Shown: positions 17,895-27,142 of the stretch, in pieces
How positions within the stretch are numbered: position 1 is the first letter of the stretch
Layout of the letters: each line of letters opens with the position of its first letter
Origin: Candidatus Methanoplasma glyptotermitis
Lineage (GTDB): Archaea > Thermoplasmatota > Thermoplasmata > Methanomassiliicoccales > Methanomethylophilaceae
Reading direction: 5' to 3'
Length of the DNA stretch: 64,000 nt
Assembly: GCA_031267895.1 (NCBI GenBank)
Contig: JAIRYF010000051.1
Location: 1,561-65,560 of the forward strand
Position numbers and translations under genes: made by a program
Notes under the pieces: model-generated
Seen by the model: only the letters and a program-made list of their open reading frames with translations
Told to the model about the DNA's origin: nothing
Databases searched by the model: none

Positions 17895-18434
17895 TCAGAC
17901 CCATATGGCATGTCTCTTCCGCATATCCTCTTCGGTTACATTGAGCCTTTTCATGAGTTCCGGTATCATGCAGTCAAAGAAGAACAGCACAGTATCCTCG
18001 AATATCGTACCCAGAGGGGCAAGTTCGGAATCTGTTGCGTCTTTTTTGATCTTGAAAACTATCGCTGTGTCCGAGACTGCCGCAAGTCTGCTTGACGGCG
18101 ACGATGTCAGCGACACCACATGAGAACCTATGCGCATAGCTATCTCTGCCGTCTGAACAACGGATGTCGTCTGTCCCGTGTTGGAGATCAGTATGGTCAG
18201 GTCGTTCTTGCCGATTATAGGAGTTGTCATGTCCCCGACAAAATAGACATTTATGCCTATCTGGACCAGTCTCACCGAAAAGAGCTGTCCTATTAGACCG
18301 GATCTTCCGGATCCGTAGATGAATATCTTTTCTTTGGATACTATCAGTTCTATGAGTTTGTTCCAGTCGCTCTCGGGTATCGAATATACAACGGCTTTGC
18401 AGCGTTCCTTCAGATAATCCATTGTTTCCAGCAA
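17895..18434 (-). CDS. 6-phospho-3-hexuloisomerase (SIS domain)
   Basis: 179 aa. SIS motifs IFIYGSGRSGLIG and LISNTGQTTSV. The length fits the PHI/HxlB family. Confidence 0.78.
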   Translation of the reverse strand: MLETMDYLKERCKAVVYSIPESDWNKLIELIVSKEKIFIYGSGRSGLIGQLFSVRLVQIGINVYFVGDMTTPIIGKNDLTILISNTGQTTSVVQTAEIAMRIGSHVVSLTSSPSSRLAAVSDTAIVFKIKKDATDSELAPLGTIFEDTVLFFFDCMIPELMKRLNVTEEDMRKRHAIWV

Positions 18435-18437
18435 ATC

Positions 18438-19478
18438 TCATTCCTCTGCAACGGCGGCGATCTCTGCTTTCTTCTTCTCCTTGAGTGCTTTTGCGACTCT
18501 CTTGCTCACCACCCTCTCATTTATGATCCTCATGTACATGGCATCATGTTCCAGCAGGGGTGACGCAGAAATTATCGTCGCCTCAGGTTTGAGATCGCAG
18601 AGTGCTTCTGCCAGCGGTTCGAACTTAAGATCTCCCTTCTTTATCGGGGTGAGTCTCTTCTCATTGCCATCGGCATATTCTGCTCCGGCAAATGTTGTAT
18701 GCATCCTGCCCTTGCAGTACGGCTCCACCTGCCGAAGCAGTGAAAGGAAATCCTCCGACTCTGTCAGAGACCCATTGGTCCTTGAATGGTAATGCGGGAA
18801 GTTGATAACCGGCACTATCCCGTCAATGGCATCGCACATATCGAGTATCTGGTCCAGAGATCCGTATACGGACTGATGGCCTGTGACTTCCACACCCAGT
18901 TTCGGCCTGATGCCGTTCTCTTTCCACCAATCCATTATATCGGCGACATTATTCAGTATGTTCGCATCAATATCCTCTTCCGGGAGCCTTCCTGTGTAAA
19001 GACCCAGGCTTGTGACCACAACCTCTCCGTCCAGAGCATTCAGTATTATTGCCGCACGCCTTATGCTGTCCATGCATGATTCGGTCAGTTCGTTGTTCGA
19101 ACCGAGATCTATGTAGTACGGAGTGTGAAGCGATACACTCACGTCCAGTCTCTTCGCTATGCTGCCTATCCCGTAGAGTTCTCCGAAACTGTCGGTTATT
19201 CCAGACTGCATGTACATAAGACCGTCCTCTTCCTCTATCACCGTCTCCGGATCCGATATTATTTCTCCTGCCCTTTCCAACTCCACGATGAAGTTTTCCT
19301 CGATATCCCTCATTTTCGTCCCGATTTCATCATCATTCGGGTATCTTCCGTATACTCCGGCCCGTACCATCTGGATCTCCAGAGCATTGAGGCTCAGATT
19401 GTGCACATCTTCTATCCCGTCTTTCAGCGTCCGTCCTTTACATGACAGGGGTATTCCGGCAGGTCCGAATCTTATCAC
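18438..19478 (-). CDS. TIM-barrel protein of the AP endonuclease 2 / xylose isomerase-like family
   Basis: 346 aa. The N-terminus MIRFGPAGIPLSCKG...LNALEIQMVRA is typical of archaeal endonuclease IV-like / sugar phosphate isomerase-like proteins. Lys-rich C-terminal tail. Confidence 0.6.
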   Translation of the reverse strand: MIRFGPAGIPLSCKGRTLKDGIEDVHNLSLNALEIQMVRAGVYGRYPNDDEIGTKMRDIEENFIVELERAGEIISDPETVIEEEDGLMYMQSGITDSFGELYGIGSIAKRLDVSVSLHTPYYIDLGSNNELTESCMDSIRRAAIILNALDGEVVVTSLGLYTGRLPEEDIDANILNNVADIMDWWKENGIRPKLGVEVTGHQSVYGSLDQILDMCDAIDGIVPVINFPHYHSRTNGSLTESEDFLSLLRQVEPYCKGRMHTTFAGAEYADGNEKRLTPIKKGDLKFEPLAEALCDLKPEATIISASPLLEHDAMYMRIINERVVSKRVAKALKEKKKAEIAAVAEE

Positions 19479-19556
19479 AATATCACCAACTGCGGCCTAG
19501 GAATGCTGGGCACCATTAAATACGTGCGCACGCGGGCACAGGTCCTTCAAGATAGG

Positions 19557-19563
19557 TTTATAA
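19557..19563 (+). promoter_or_regulatory. candidate TATA box for the L18e-L13-S9-rpoN operon
   Basis: TTTATAA lies 47 nt upstream of ATG 19610, with a GGGAG Shine-Dalgarno-like element at 19596-19600. Confidence 0.4.
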
Positions 19564-19609
19564 GCAACCTCCCTATATGACGCTTACCCGATGTCGGGAG
19601 AGTCAGAAT

Positions 19610-19972
19610 ATGAGTGGAAACGTGAAGACAAATCCCCAGCTCATCGCCTTGATATCAGATCTCAAGGCGAAGACCAGGGAGAACGGAGCCGCGATCTGGC
19701 GAGACATAGCGCTTAGGCTTGAAAAACCAAAGAAGAATTGGGCCGAAGCGAACCTCAGCAAACTCGGAAGGTATGCAAAGGACGGAGACACGATTATTGT
19801 CCCTGGCAAAGTTCTCGCCGCAGGAAGCGTAGCAAAAAAAGTGACGGTTGCAGCGTACGGATTCTCGGATGCCGCAATTGCAGGCATAAACGCCGCCGGT
19901 GGAAAAACGATGACGATCAGAGAACTCATGGATGCGAATCCGACGGGTTCCGGCGTGAGGATCATGAGGTGA
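19610..19972 (+). CDS. rpl18e: 50S ribosomal protein L18e
   Basis: NPQLIALISDLK...IVPGKVLAAG...VRIMR, typical of L18e. Start placed at the internal ATG (MSGNVKTNPQL). Confidence 0.9.
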   Translation: MSGNVKTNPQLIALISDLKAKTRENGAAIWRDIALRLEKPKKNWAEANLSKLGRYAKDGDTIIVPGKVLAAGSVAKKVTVAAYGFSDAAIAGINAAGGKTMTIRELMDANPTGSGVRIMR

Positions 19973-19977
19973 TATGA

Positions 19978-20403
19978 ATGGTTACAGTCATTGATGCGAA
20001 AGGACTGATCCACGGCAGACTTGCCAGCAATGTTGCCGAAATGGTCATGGCCGGAGAAGACATCGTTGTCCTCAACGCAGAGGGTATAGTCATAACAGGT
20101 CAGAAAGAGATGATCTTCGCCGACTTCAAGGCAAAAGTCGACCGCGGAGACACAACGAAAAGAAAGGGACCCTTCTACCCGCGCAGAGCAGATCTTCTGT
20201 TCAAACGCTGTGTGAGGGGTATGATCCCATGGAAAACAACAAGCGGAAGGGACGCATACAGGAGACTCCATGTGTACGTCGGAACGCCGAAACAGTTCGA
20301 ATCATGCGAGAAACTCAGGCCTGAAGAGGCCAACAGAGAGATCACCGGCAAATACACAACCCTGGGTGCCGTTTCAAAATTCCTGGGGTCCAACGTGAGA
20401 TGA
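19978..20403 (+). CDS. rpl13p: 50S ribosomal protein L13
   Basis: 141 aa, VIDAKGLIHGRLAS...RMLP-like core. Conserved L18e-L13-S9-RpoN gene order. Confidence 0.93.
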   Translation: MVTVIDAKGLIHGRLASNVAEMVMAGEDIVVLNAEGIVITGQKEMIFADFKAKVDRGDTTKRKGPFYPRRADLLFKRCVRGMIPWKTTSGRDAYRRLHVYVGTPKQFESCEKLRPEEANREITGKYTTLGAVSKFLGSNVR

Positions 20404-20407
20404 TCTC

Positions 20408-20806
20408 ATGGAGCACGTAAACACAAGCGGAAAAAGGAAGACGGCAATCGCAAGGGCGACCGTCAAAAAGGGTACCGGCAAAGTGACCATAAACAAGGTC
20501 CCGCTGGACCTGTACGGTCCGGAACTGGCAAGACTCAAAATTCAGGAACCTCTCGGCCTTGTGCCAGAGAAGGCGACGGATGTCGATATAATAGTTCTGG
20601 TCAGCGGCGGAGGAGTCATGGGACAGGCTGCAGCGGCAAGAACTGCCATCGCAAGGGGTCTGGTCGACTTCTACAAAGATAAGGAGTTGGAGACAGTGTT
20701 CAGATCTTACGACAGAACACTCATCATCAACGATGACAGAAGAAAGCTCCCCAAGAACCCGCTCGGACACGGTGCCCGTGCCAAGAAACAGAAGTCGTAT
20801 CGTTAA
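20408..20806 (+). CDS. rps9p: 30S ribosomal protein S9
   Basis: 132 aa. GKRKTAIARA N-terminus and the C-terminal KKQKSYR. Confidence 0.93.
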   Translation: MEHVNTSGKRKTAIARATVKKGTGKVTINKVPLDLYGPELARLKIQEPLGLVPEKATDVDIIVLVSGGGVMGQAAAARTAIARGLVDFYKDKELETVFRSYDRTLIINDDRRKLPKNPLGHGARAKKQKSYR

Positions 20807-20815
20807 GGTGATATC

Positions 20816-21007
20816 ATGATTATACCGGTGAGATGTTTCACATGCGGAAAGGTTGTAGGAAGCGCGTACCCAGAGTACATAAAGCGTGTGGGCATGGGAG
20901 AGAATCCGAAAGACGTCCTGGATGACCTCGGATTCGAGAGATACTGCTGTCGCAGGATGATTGTGTCTCACGCAGATCTCATCGGAGAGATAGCGCCTCT
21001 TGGGTAA
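20816..21007 (+). CDS. rpoN: DNA-directed RNA polymerase subunit N (Rpb10)
   Basis: 63 aa. [15 protein letters not shown] ... YCCRRM zinc-bundle signature. Confidence 0.93.
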   Translation: MIIPVRCFTCGKVVGSAYPEYIKRVGMGENPKDVLDDLGFERYCCRRMIVSHADLIGEIAPLG

Positions 21008-21033
21008 ACCTTTTAAAACCAAACCAATTAAAT

Positions 21034-21106
21034 GGGCCCGTGGGGTAGCTTGGTATCCTTGCAGCTTGGGGTGCTGTTGACTCCGGTTCAAATCCGGGCG
21101 GGCCCA
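21034..21106 (+). tRNA. tRNA-Pro (anticodon GGG)
   Basis: Hand-folded cloverleaf. Acceptor GGGCCCG/CGGGCCC, anticodon stem GCAGC/GCTGT, loop TTGGGGT, T arm TCCGG-TTCAAAT-CCGGG, discriminator A. Confidence 0.88.
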
Positions 21107-21354
21107 CCTTTGTTATCTGGACGAGATAAAAGACGCCGTTAATGCAAGTCTCCGGAAAATGGTCGGTATTTTGGATTTTGTAACTTCAAAGGAGTGGGCC
21201 TTTCCGACAGAATTGACACCCTGGACAAATCAAGTGGGGGGACACCGTACTTTCACAAAAACAAAGAAGAGAGTGAATGTGTCATGTTCTTTTGGGAACT
21301 TTCTCCCGGTAGACCAAACGGTCACTGCGTCTTCCCTTTCGGTACTGCAACGAT

Positions 21355-21364
21355 CCCCCCCCCC
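21355..21364. repeat. C10 homopolymer tract (intergenic), flanked by GATC...GGATC
   Basis: Read directly from the sequence: cgatCCCCCCCCCCggatc. Confidence 0.95.
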
Positions 21365-21636
21365 GGATCTTCACACGGGAATGCTCGCGACATCACATTA
21401 GAATGAATAACTTTTCCTTATCAAAGTTATTGATTCCATGAGGGGCTGGCAGAATCTTTCCGCACAAATCCATAGAGAACCCAAATATTTACATTTTTGA
21501 TATAATTCGGGTGTTTCAGCACAGACAACAAAAAACAGTGTAGCTGTTTGCCGCCAGATACTGTCATAATATATCTGCAATACGCACATTTGTATAGTTG
21601 AAATACAGATAACGTTTTGCAATAAGGAGTTGTAAT

Positions 21637-22188
21637 ATGACATATTGTTCAAAATGCGGAAAGGAGACCGCCGGCGGATCGACATTCTGCTCCAGTTGTG
21701 GAGCGGCATTGTCAGGTCCGTCCGGAAGATACGAAGACCAAAACTACGGTCAGCAGAATCAGTACGAAAGCAGCAACTATAACCAGAATCAAGACTGGAG
21801 CAATAACTTCGGCCCCAACCAGGGGGGGGGGCCGCGGAATAACACATCCTCATTGGGCGGGACGCTGACGGTCATTCTTGTGCTGGGAATCCTGTGGGCA
21901 ATCATTTCGATTATATCTGGATTGGCCTGTATCTTCGGGGGCGGTTTCTTATTCTCTTTCTTCGCCGGACCTGTGCTGATCATCATCGGCATACTGAGTT
22001 TCGTGAGCGGACTATTTGCCCTGCTGAGCTGCATGAACATATTCAGACTGGAGAAACACCACGATGCCTACATCTACTGTCTGATCGGCTCCATATTGGG
22101 TCTGATTACAGGCGGTATCATTGCCGGGGCAATCGGAATAGCTTTTGCGTTTATTCTGAAAAAAGAACAGTACAGATTCAAATCATAA
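21637..22188 (+). CDS. zinc-ribbon / Q,N-rich / multi-TM membrane protein, function unknown
   Basis: 183 aa. N-terminal CSKCG...CSSCG zinc ribbon, a QN-rich linker, then 3-4 TM helices. AAGGAG lies 9 nt upstream of the ATG. The ORF contains the G10 tract. Confidence 0.6.
   Translation: MTYCSKCGKETAGGSTFCSSCGAALSGPSGRYEDQNYGQQNQYESSNYNQNQDWSNNFGPNQGGGPRNNTSSLGGTLTVILVLGILWAIISIISGLACIFGGGFLFSFFAGPVLIIIGILSFVSGLFALLSCMNIFRLEKHHDAYIYCLIGSILGLITGGIIAGAIGIAFAFILKKEQYRFKS
21822..21831. repeat. G10 homopolymer tract inside the CDS 21637-22188 (codons Q-G-G-G-P)
   Basis: Read directly from the sequence: aaccaGGGGGGGGGGccgcgg. Confidence 0.95.
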
Positions 22189-22194
22189 ACCAAG

Positions 22195-22224
22195 AGGCCG
22201 CAATGGCCTATTTCTTTTATTTTC
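22195..22224 (+). terminator. hairpin plus T-rich tract downstream of 21637-22188
   Basis: AGGCC-GCAAT-GGCCT followed by ATTTCTTTTATTTTC, starting 7 nt after the TAA stop. Confidence 0.4.
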
Positions 22225-22276
22225 AAATTCGGCAATTGCCAGAATGCCCGCCTCACTTTCTGTCATTTATCCTGAC

Positions 22277-22287
22277 TTTGACAGTTG
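22277..22287. repeat. TTTGACAGTTG motif copy 1 (inverted copy at 22622-22632; 1-mismatch direct copy at 22432-22442)
   Basis: Read directly from the sequence, within a non-coding stretch of about 690 bp. Confidence 0.8.
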
Positions 22288-22879
22288 GGATTTTTCAACA
22301 TATGTTTTGACGAAAATCTGACAGAAGAATCGTCCCGCCGACACATGTCCGAATCAGATCAGCCATATAGTCAATGTATGTCTTCTTATGTGTTTCATTT
22401 GGAAAATAATTGTGTTTATTTCCGAAAAGAATTTGACAGCTGCGTCTCTCTGTGTTGTTACAACAGCTGTTTTCCGGATAAGGACTCCTTATACTGCTGT
22501 TTCTTTTCTCTGTGTATCAGGATCTGTTGCAAAAAAACAAGAATTGTGTGCTGATATATGTTAAAATCGCTGCCTGATGAGATGTTTCCGGATCGCGGGA
22601 TCACTGTCTGACCGCAAAACTCAACTGTCAAATTATCAGAAGAATGAAATTTCAAGGCGACTGTCGAAGTCAGGTTATTACATTAGGACGGAAAAACAGA
22701 GAAAGGGGCATTTGAGGGTTTCTTTCTGCAATCGGATATTCCGATGCCGAAGGCAACCCGCGATGCCTAAAATGAAGAGTATCCAACACAACAATCCGGG
22801 GTCAGCCGAGGCACCGAATATCTGACGCAGGCACCAAACTCAATCCTAACCCGCAAATAGTTGGTTGGGGGCGATGGTT

Positions 22880-23881
22880 TCAGTCCATTGCCCTGTTGAA
22901 TGCAAGTTCTGTAATGATCCTGCAGTTTTCCATAATTCTTTTCGAAGAAAACAGAACGATTTCCCGGACATACTCTGACGCGTTGTGCGCTTTGATATTC
23001 GACACAACCTTATCATTGATGCTCGAAATCACCCCATCTATATCTGAGATCATCTGTTCTGCCAATACGATATCTTTGTTTATCCAGCTCTCTATCGAGT
23101 TCGTCAGAATTTCAGAGATGCCTTCCCCTGTCTTATAAATGCACTCATCTACGCGGCGAAGGTCGCCGACATCCGATATCAAGACCAGGTAATTTGATGT
23201 AGAAATAGCATGGTTCCCTATGCTCACAAGTACTCTTGAGAGCGATAGGCATGATGAGAGCTCGTATAGAGGCACATTCATCTTTCGAGATGCGGTCGCA
23301 TCTTTCATAGCTATGTTACACTGCCTCGCGATCAGACCATGAACCCTGTTTATCTCCGCATATCTGAAATTCATATCCCTTAGGCTATCAACATCTCCGG
23401 TGAATGCCGCATCATACATATCATGAATCATACCCTTGACCAGCAATCTCATTTTTTCGACTATCTTTTTGGTGTTGACCGCACTTTGTTCCATAAGATC
23501 GGAAATAAGAATGTGAGAATCATCAGCCTCTATAGTCTCAAGACCTATAGCAGTCTGCACGAAGCTCGATGAAGCCGTTGTGACCACGCTTGGCATCGGC
23601 GGGTCCGATGTTACGACGATTGTCATGTGTCCGGCAATGTATGCACCAACCAGCTGTCTGTACAGAAACCCACGGGTCTTTATGTTTGTGGCATCAATGA
23701 CCTTAGTGGTGCGCTTAATTTCCGGAGCGGAACCGGTTGGGTACAGCGTCAGACTCCCATCCGGCTGAGCCTGAAGGCCCACAGAGTCATTTTTCTTCAA
23801 ACCTACGGAATTCCCCCACTCTTTGGGGAGAGTGATCATGAACGAGGAACCCCCCGTTATTTGCACACGTCTCAAATCCAT
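22880..23881 (-). CDS. AbrB/SpoVT-domain + PhoU-domain phosphate-uptake-regulator-like protein
   Basis: The N-terminus MDLRRVQITGGSSFMITLPKEWGNSVGLKK is a SpoVT/AbrB swapped-hairpin type, followed by two helical PhoU-like repeats. Start placed at the Met of MDLRRV. Confidence 0.78.
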   Translation of the reverse strand: MDLRRVQITGGSSFMITLPKEWGNSVGLKKNDSVGLQAQPDGSLTLYPTGSAPEIKRTTKVIDATNIKTRGFLYRQLVGAYIAGHMTIVVTSDPPMPSVVTTASSSFVQTAIGLETIEADDSHILISDLMEQSAVNTKKIVEKMRLLVKGMIHDMYDAAFTGDVDSLRDMNFRYAEINRVHGLIARQCNIAMKDATASRKMNVPLYELSSCLSLSRVLVSIGNHAISTSNYLVLISDVGDLRRVDECIYKTGEGISEILTNSIESWINKDIVLAEQMISDIDGVISSINDKVVSNIKAHNASEYVREIVLFSSKRIMENCRIITELAFNRAMD

Positions 23882-24313
23882 ACCACAGACAATAACCAAC
23901 ATAGCATATAAAAATATCCATAAAATCTGGAAATAAATATATTCAATATTACTATAAATGATGCCTCAATATGTAGATACAAATAGATTTAATACATACT
24001 AAATCATCATATCTTATTTAATTTATTGCACACATTATACAACTCCGCAGAAGTCAAACACACATCCAGATATACGCTGCGACGGTCTGATTCGGATCAC
24101 AGTCTGTGTACTTGCCGAGATCGATTGCCCGGACCATCTTCCGAATATATACACCCGATGGCCGCTGACAAAAACCATTAACACTCTCCATAATCATGAG
24201 TAAAAGCGTTACTACCGCTGTTTATTGATTTTGCAATCTTCTCTTTTGGGTGTTAACTCGGCTGTCACACACATCTTACATGGACTACATCCCTTCATCG
24301 ACTGAATGGCCCC

Positions 24314-24328
24314 AGAAAGCTTTATAAC
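24314..24328 (+). promoter_or_regulatory. candidate BRE/TATA promoter of tRNA-Thr
   Basis: AGAAAGC-TTTATAA, with the TATA box starting 34 nt upstream of the mature tRNA 5' end. Confidence 0.5.
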
Positions 24329-24354
24329 AATGTCTCTCTTGACTATGCCCATAC

Positions 24355-24429
24355 GCCGCTGTGGCTAAGAGGTATAGCGACGCCTTGGTAAGGCGTAGGT
24401 CGTGGGTTCGATTCCCATCAGCGGCTCCA
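24355..24429 (+). tRNA. tRNA-Thr (anticodon GGT), CCA encoded
   Basis: Acceptor GCCGCTG/CAGCGGC, anticodon stem ACGCC/GGCGT, loop TTGGTAA, T arm GTGGG-TTCGATT-CCCAT, then T-CCA. Confidence 0.9.
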
Positions 24430-24756
24430 TGAATACTCCGTTGAAGGCGGTCCGAGAACCTGAGCCGCATCTGTTCTCATATATGTCTGTAAAAACATCC
24501 GCTGTCCGCGCCGTTTCTGTACTGCCTTTCGCCGTTCACAGGCCTCCGTGCGGGGACATTTCCGTTCCGTCATCACAACCGATCATATGGTGCTTTTTTG
24601 CATCATATGTCGCCGTGCGCGACTGTCTGCTTCGTCTGATCATCCGAGTACAGACTGAACACCTCCGCGCAGGAAGCAACATGCAGTGAATCCAAGAGGA
24701 CAGTCCCGCCGTCTATGGAATAACCAATGCATAAACAATCCAAAATGCCGAGCAGT

Positions 24757-25944
24757 TCATGCCATTTTGTAGAACACGAACCCCGACCAAATCTTCGGAA
24801 AGAAAAACGTTGTCTTTTTGGGCATTCTGATACCCTTCATGGAAAGGTCCCAGATCGTATCAAGGCTGGGGTCATTCAGGATTATGGCGAGATCGAATCT
24901 GTCTTCGCTCATCAGATCTTCCACATTGGAAAACTCCGGTTCGTATTCCACAGTGGACTTCCCCTCATCAAAGCCGTATATTTTCTTCAGAATCAGTTCC
25001 TGCACTACGTATGTATCCAATCTGCAGAGTTCCTTACTGCCTTTGTCATACGAGGCGAGGAAGCACTCTCCGTCCCTGAACATCAGTCCCATCATCCAAT
25101 CTTTCATTTCGGATTCAATATGGTTCTCCGAAACCGCCTTGGTTCTCATTGTCTCGGATATCATGCGCTTGGCATCTTTGATGCTCACATTCGCCGAATT
25201 TACAAGTCTGTGCGTGGGCCACACTGTGAGCCCCTCATCCTTCGCGGATACGAGCGTTGCGAGGACATACCCCTTTTTTGCGTCATCCGGATTCTCCAGA
25301 GAGTAATTCAGAGCGGTCTCGTATCGGTGGTGGCCGTCCGCGATGAGTACCTTCTGGTTTCCGAGTTCGAATGTTATCCGCTTGTGTATGCCGGCATCGT
25401 CTATTATGTAGAATCTGTGGTCGACACCGCTGCTGTCCATATACCGGTAGAGCAGTCTGGCAGAATTTTCTGCCTGTCTGCTGAGTTCCGGACTCAGGCC
25501 CTCGAATATCCCAAATATAGATTCAAGATGAGCCTCCATGTCCCTGAGGAGACTGAGACGGTCTTCCTTTACCTTGGAGAATGTCTCCTCATGAGGTATT
25601 ATGTGGCCTTTGTCATAACTTTCTGTTTTCAGAAGACCGACAAGTCCCAGCCTTGTTTTCATAACACCTCGGTCATCAAAGACCTGCTCATAAAGGTAGA
25701 ATGAATCCGGATCCTGCTTAAGGCTCCCGTCTGATATCATTCTTTCGAACTCTTTTCTGGAGCCTTTGTATCTTCTGTCGATATCAGGATTCAGCGTCAG
25801 ATTTGTGACGTTATTCTCGCAGTCCCGGAGTATCTTAAGGTACTCCTTTCCGATCACGTCGTAAGGCGGGGAGATACGATCGTCTATTCTCTCATCAGTC
25901 TTCAAAACTGGCCTGTATCCGGGGAAAGGAAGAAAGATAACCAT
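24757..25944 (-). CDS. DUF1015 family protein
   Basis: 395 aa. ISPPYDVI near the N-terminus and the ADGHHRYETAL motif, both hallmarks of DUF1015. The 325-aa ORF on the + strand is judged a shadow ORF. Confidence 0.8.
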   Translation of the reverse strand: MVIFLPFPGYRPVLKTDERIDDRISPPYDVIGKEYLKILRDCENNVTNLTLNPDIDRRYKGSRKEFERMISDGSLKQDPDSFYLYEQVFDDRGVMKTRLGLVGLLKTESYDKGHIIPHEETFSKVKEDRLSLLRDMEAHLESIFGIFEGLSPELSRQAENSARLLYRYMDSSGVDHRFYIIDDAGIHKRITFELGNQKVLIADGHHRYETALNYSLENPDDAKKGYVLATLVSAKDEGLTVWPTHRLVNSANVSIKDAKRMISETMRTKAVSENHIESEMKDWMMGLMFRDGECFLASYDKGSKELCRLDTYVVQELILKKIYGFDEGKSTVEYEPEFSNVEDLMSEDRFDLAIILNDPSLDTIWDLSMKGIRMPKKTTFFFPKIWSGFVFYKMA

Positions 25945-26018
25945 TTCAATTGCCCTGATCGCGTTACACTTAGCACCTTATATCTCTTTCTACGTAAGTC
26001 GCAAAATACTGCCTCAGA

Positions 26019-27065
26019 TCAGCATATACGCGGCACAGGGTCTCCGGACGGGGGCTCAAGTATCCTCCTTCCGCCGATCTCCGTTTTGAGGATCACTCTT
26101 TCTTTGCCCTCTCTGACCGTGCCTATGATCGAGGCGTCTCTGCCTTCGGGCGTACCTCTTATCGCTTTGAGGATGTCTTCGGCCCTGTCGGGGACGCAGC
26201 CGATTATTACCTTACCTTCATTTCCGATACTCAGAGGATCTATACCCAAAAGGTCGCATGCACTGATGACCTCATCTCTCAGAGGTATCGATGCCTGTTC
26301 AACCTCTATCTCTGCATGAGATTTCGAACACCATTCGTTGAGCGTGTTGGCCAGACCGCCTCTGGTGGGATCTTTCATGGCGGTTATGCCTCCTGCTGCG
26401 AGTCCTTTTGCGATCATCCGATTCAGCGGAGCTACATCACTCCGTATTCTGCTCTCGAATCCATACCCCTCTCTGAATGACAAAAGAGCCACACCGTGGT
26501 CTCCCAGGTATCCGGATGCTATTATCACATCTCCGGGAGCAAGGTTGGCATCCGTACACCATCTGTCTCTGACAGTTCGGTATTCAGAGGCTATCGAGAG
26601 GTTGCTGTCCATGAATTCAGACCTCTTTCCTATGGCGGATGTGGATATCACCATCTTGTCCACGGCACCGGTTTCCATAACCTTGGTATCCCCTGTGACG
26701 ATCGGTACGCCGCATTCCCGCGATGTCCTGCCCATGCTCTCCATGACCAGGTCCACGGTATCGATGTCCAGGCCTTCTTCGAGTATGACCGAACAGGCAA
26801 GTGCCAAAGGTGTTGCGCCCATAACCGAAATATCGTTCACGGTTCCGGACACCGATATTCTCCCTATGTCCCCGCCCGGGAATATCAGGGGGTTCACTGT
26901 ATGTCCGTCTATCGTGAATACAATATCATCCACGACTGCGGAGTCGTCCATCGAGTCCAGAGGGACATCCGATTTTGACTTTGGGAAATGAGATACAATG
27001 TGTTTGGAGAGGAATTCCTGCATTATCTCCCCGCCCGCACCATGATTCATTACAACTTTGGACAT
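26019..27065 (-). CDS. hypE: hydrogenase maturation protein HypE
   Basis: AIR-synthase-like fold, MNHGAGG N-terminal motif, and the diagnostic C-terminal ...GDPVPRIC. Start placed at the Met of MSKVVMNHGAGG. Confidence 0.9.
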   Translation of the reverse strand: MSKVVMNHGAGGEIMQEFLSKHIVSHFPKSKSDVPLDSMDDSAVVDDIVFTIDGHTVNPLIFPGGDIGRISVSGTVNDISVMGATPLALACSVILEEGLDIDTVDLVMESMGRTSRECGVPIVTGDTKVMETGAVDKMVISTSAIGKRSEFMDSNLSIASEYRTVRDRWCTDANLAPGDVIIASGYLGDHGVALLSFREGYGFESRIRSDVAPLNRMIAKGLAAGGITAMKDPTRGGLANTLNEWCSKSHAEIEVEQASIPLRDEVISACDLLGIDPLSIGNEGKVIIGCVPDRAEDILKAIRGTPEGRDASIIGTVREGKERVILKTEIGGRRILEPPSGDPVPRIC

Positions 27066-27142
27066 CGGCCGTAAATAGAATCTCTGATATAGGGTTTTAT
27101 CTCCTAACATGATAAATAATCATTAGGTATTCACTGAATGAC

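Noticed and set aside
22285-22554. 89-aa Cys-rich ORF (…CVSLCCYNSCFPDKDSLYCCFFSLCIRICCKK…) in the long spacer.
   Set aside because: TTG start without an RBS. The Cys richness comes from TGT/TGC-rich low-complexity DNA that also contains the TGACAG repeats. No family recognised, so not called as a gene.
23905-24050. Strongly AT-rich block upstream of the PhoU-like gene, considered as a replication origin or DNA-unwinding element.
   Set aside because: No ORB-like repeated elements and no adjacent cdc6/orc1 gene. It is adequately explained as the promoter/5' region of the PhoU-like gene.
24727-25704. 325-aa ORF on the + strand opposite the DUF1015 gene.
   Set aside because: The minus-strand product carries DUF1015 hallmarks (ISPPYDVI, ADGHHRYETAL). 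The plus-strand product has no recognisable features, so it is a shadow ORF.
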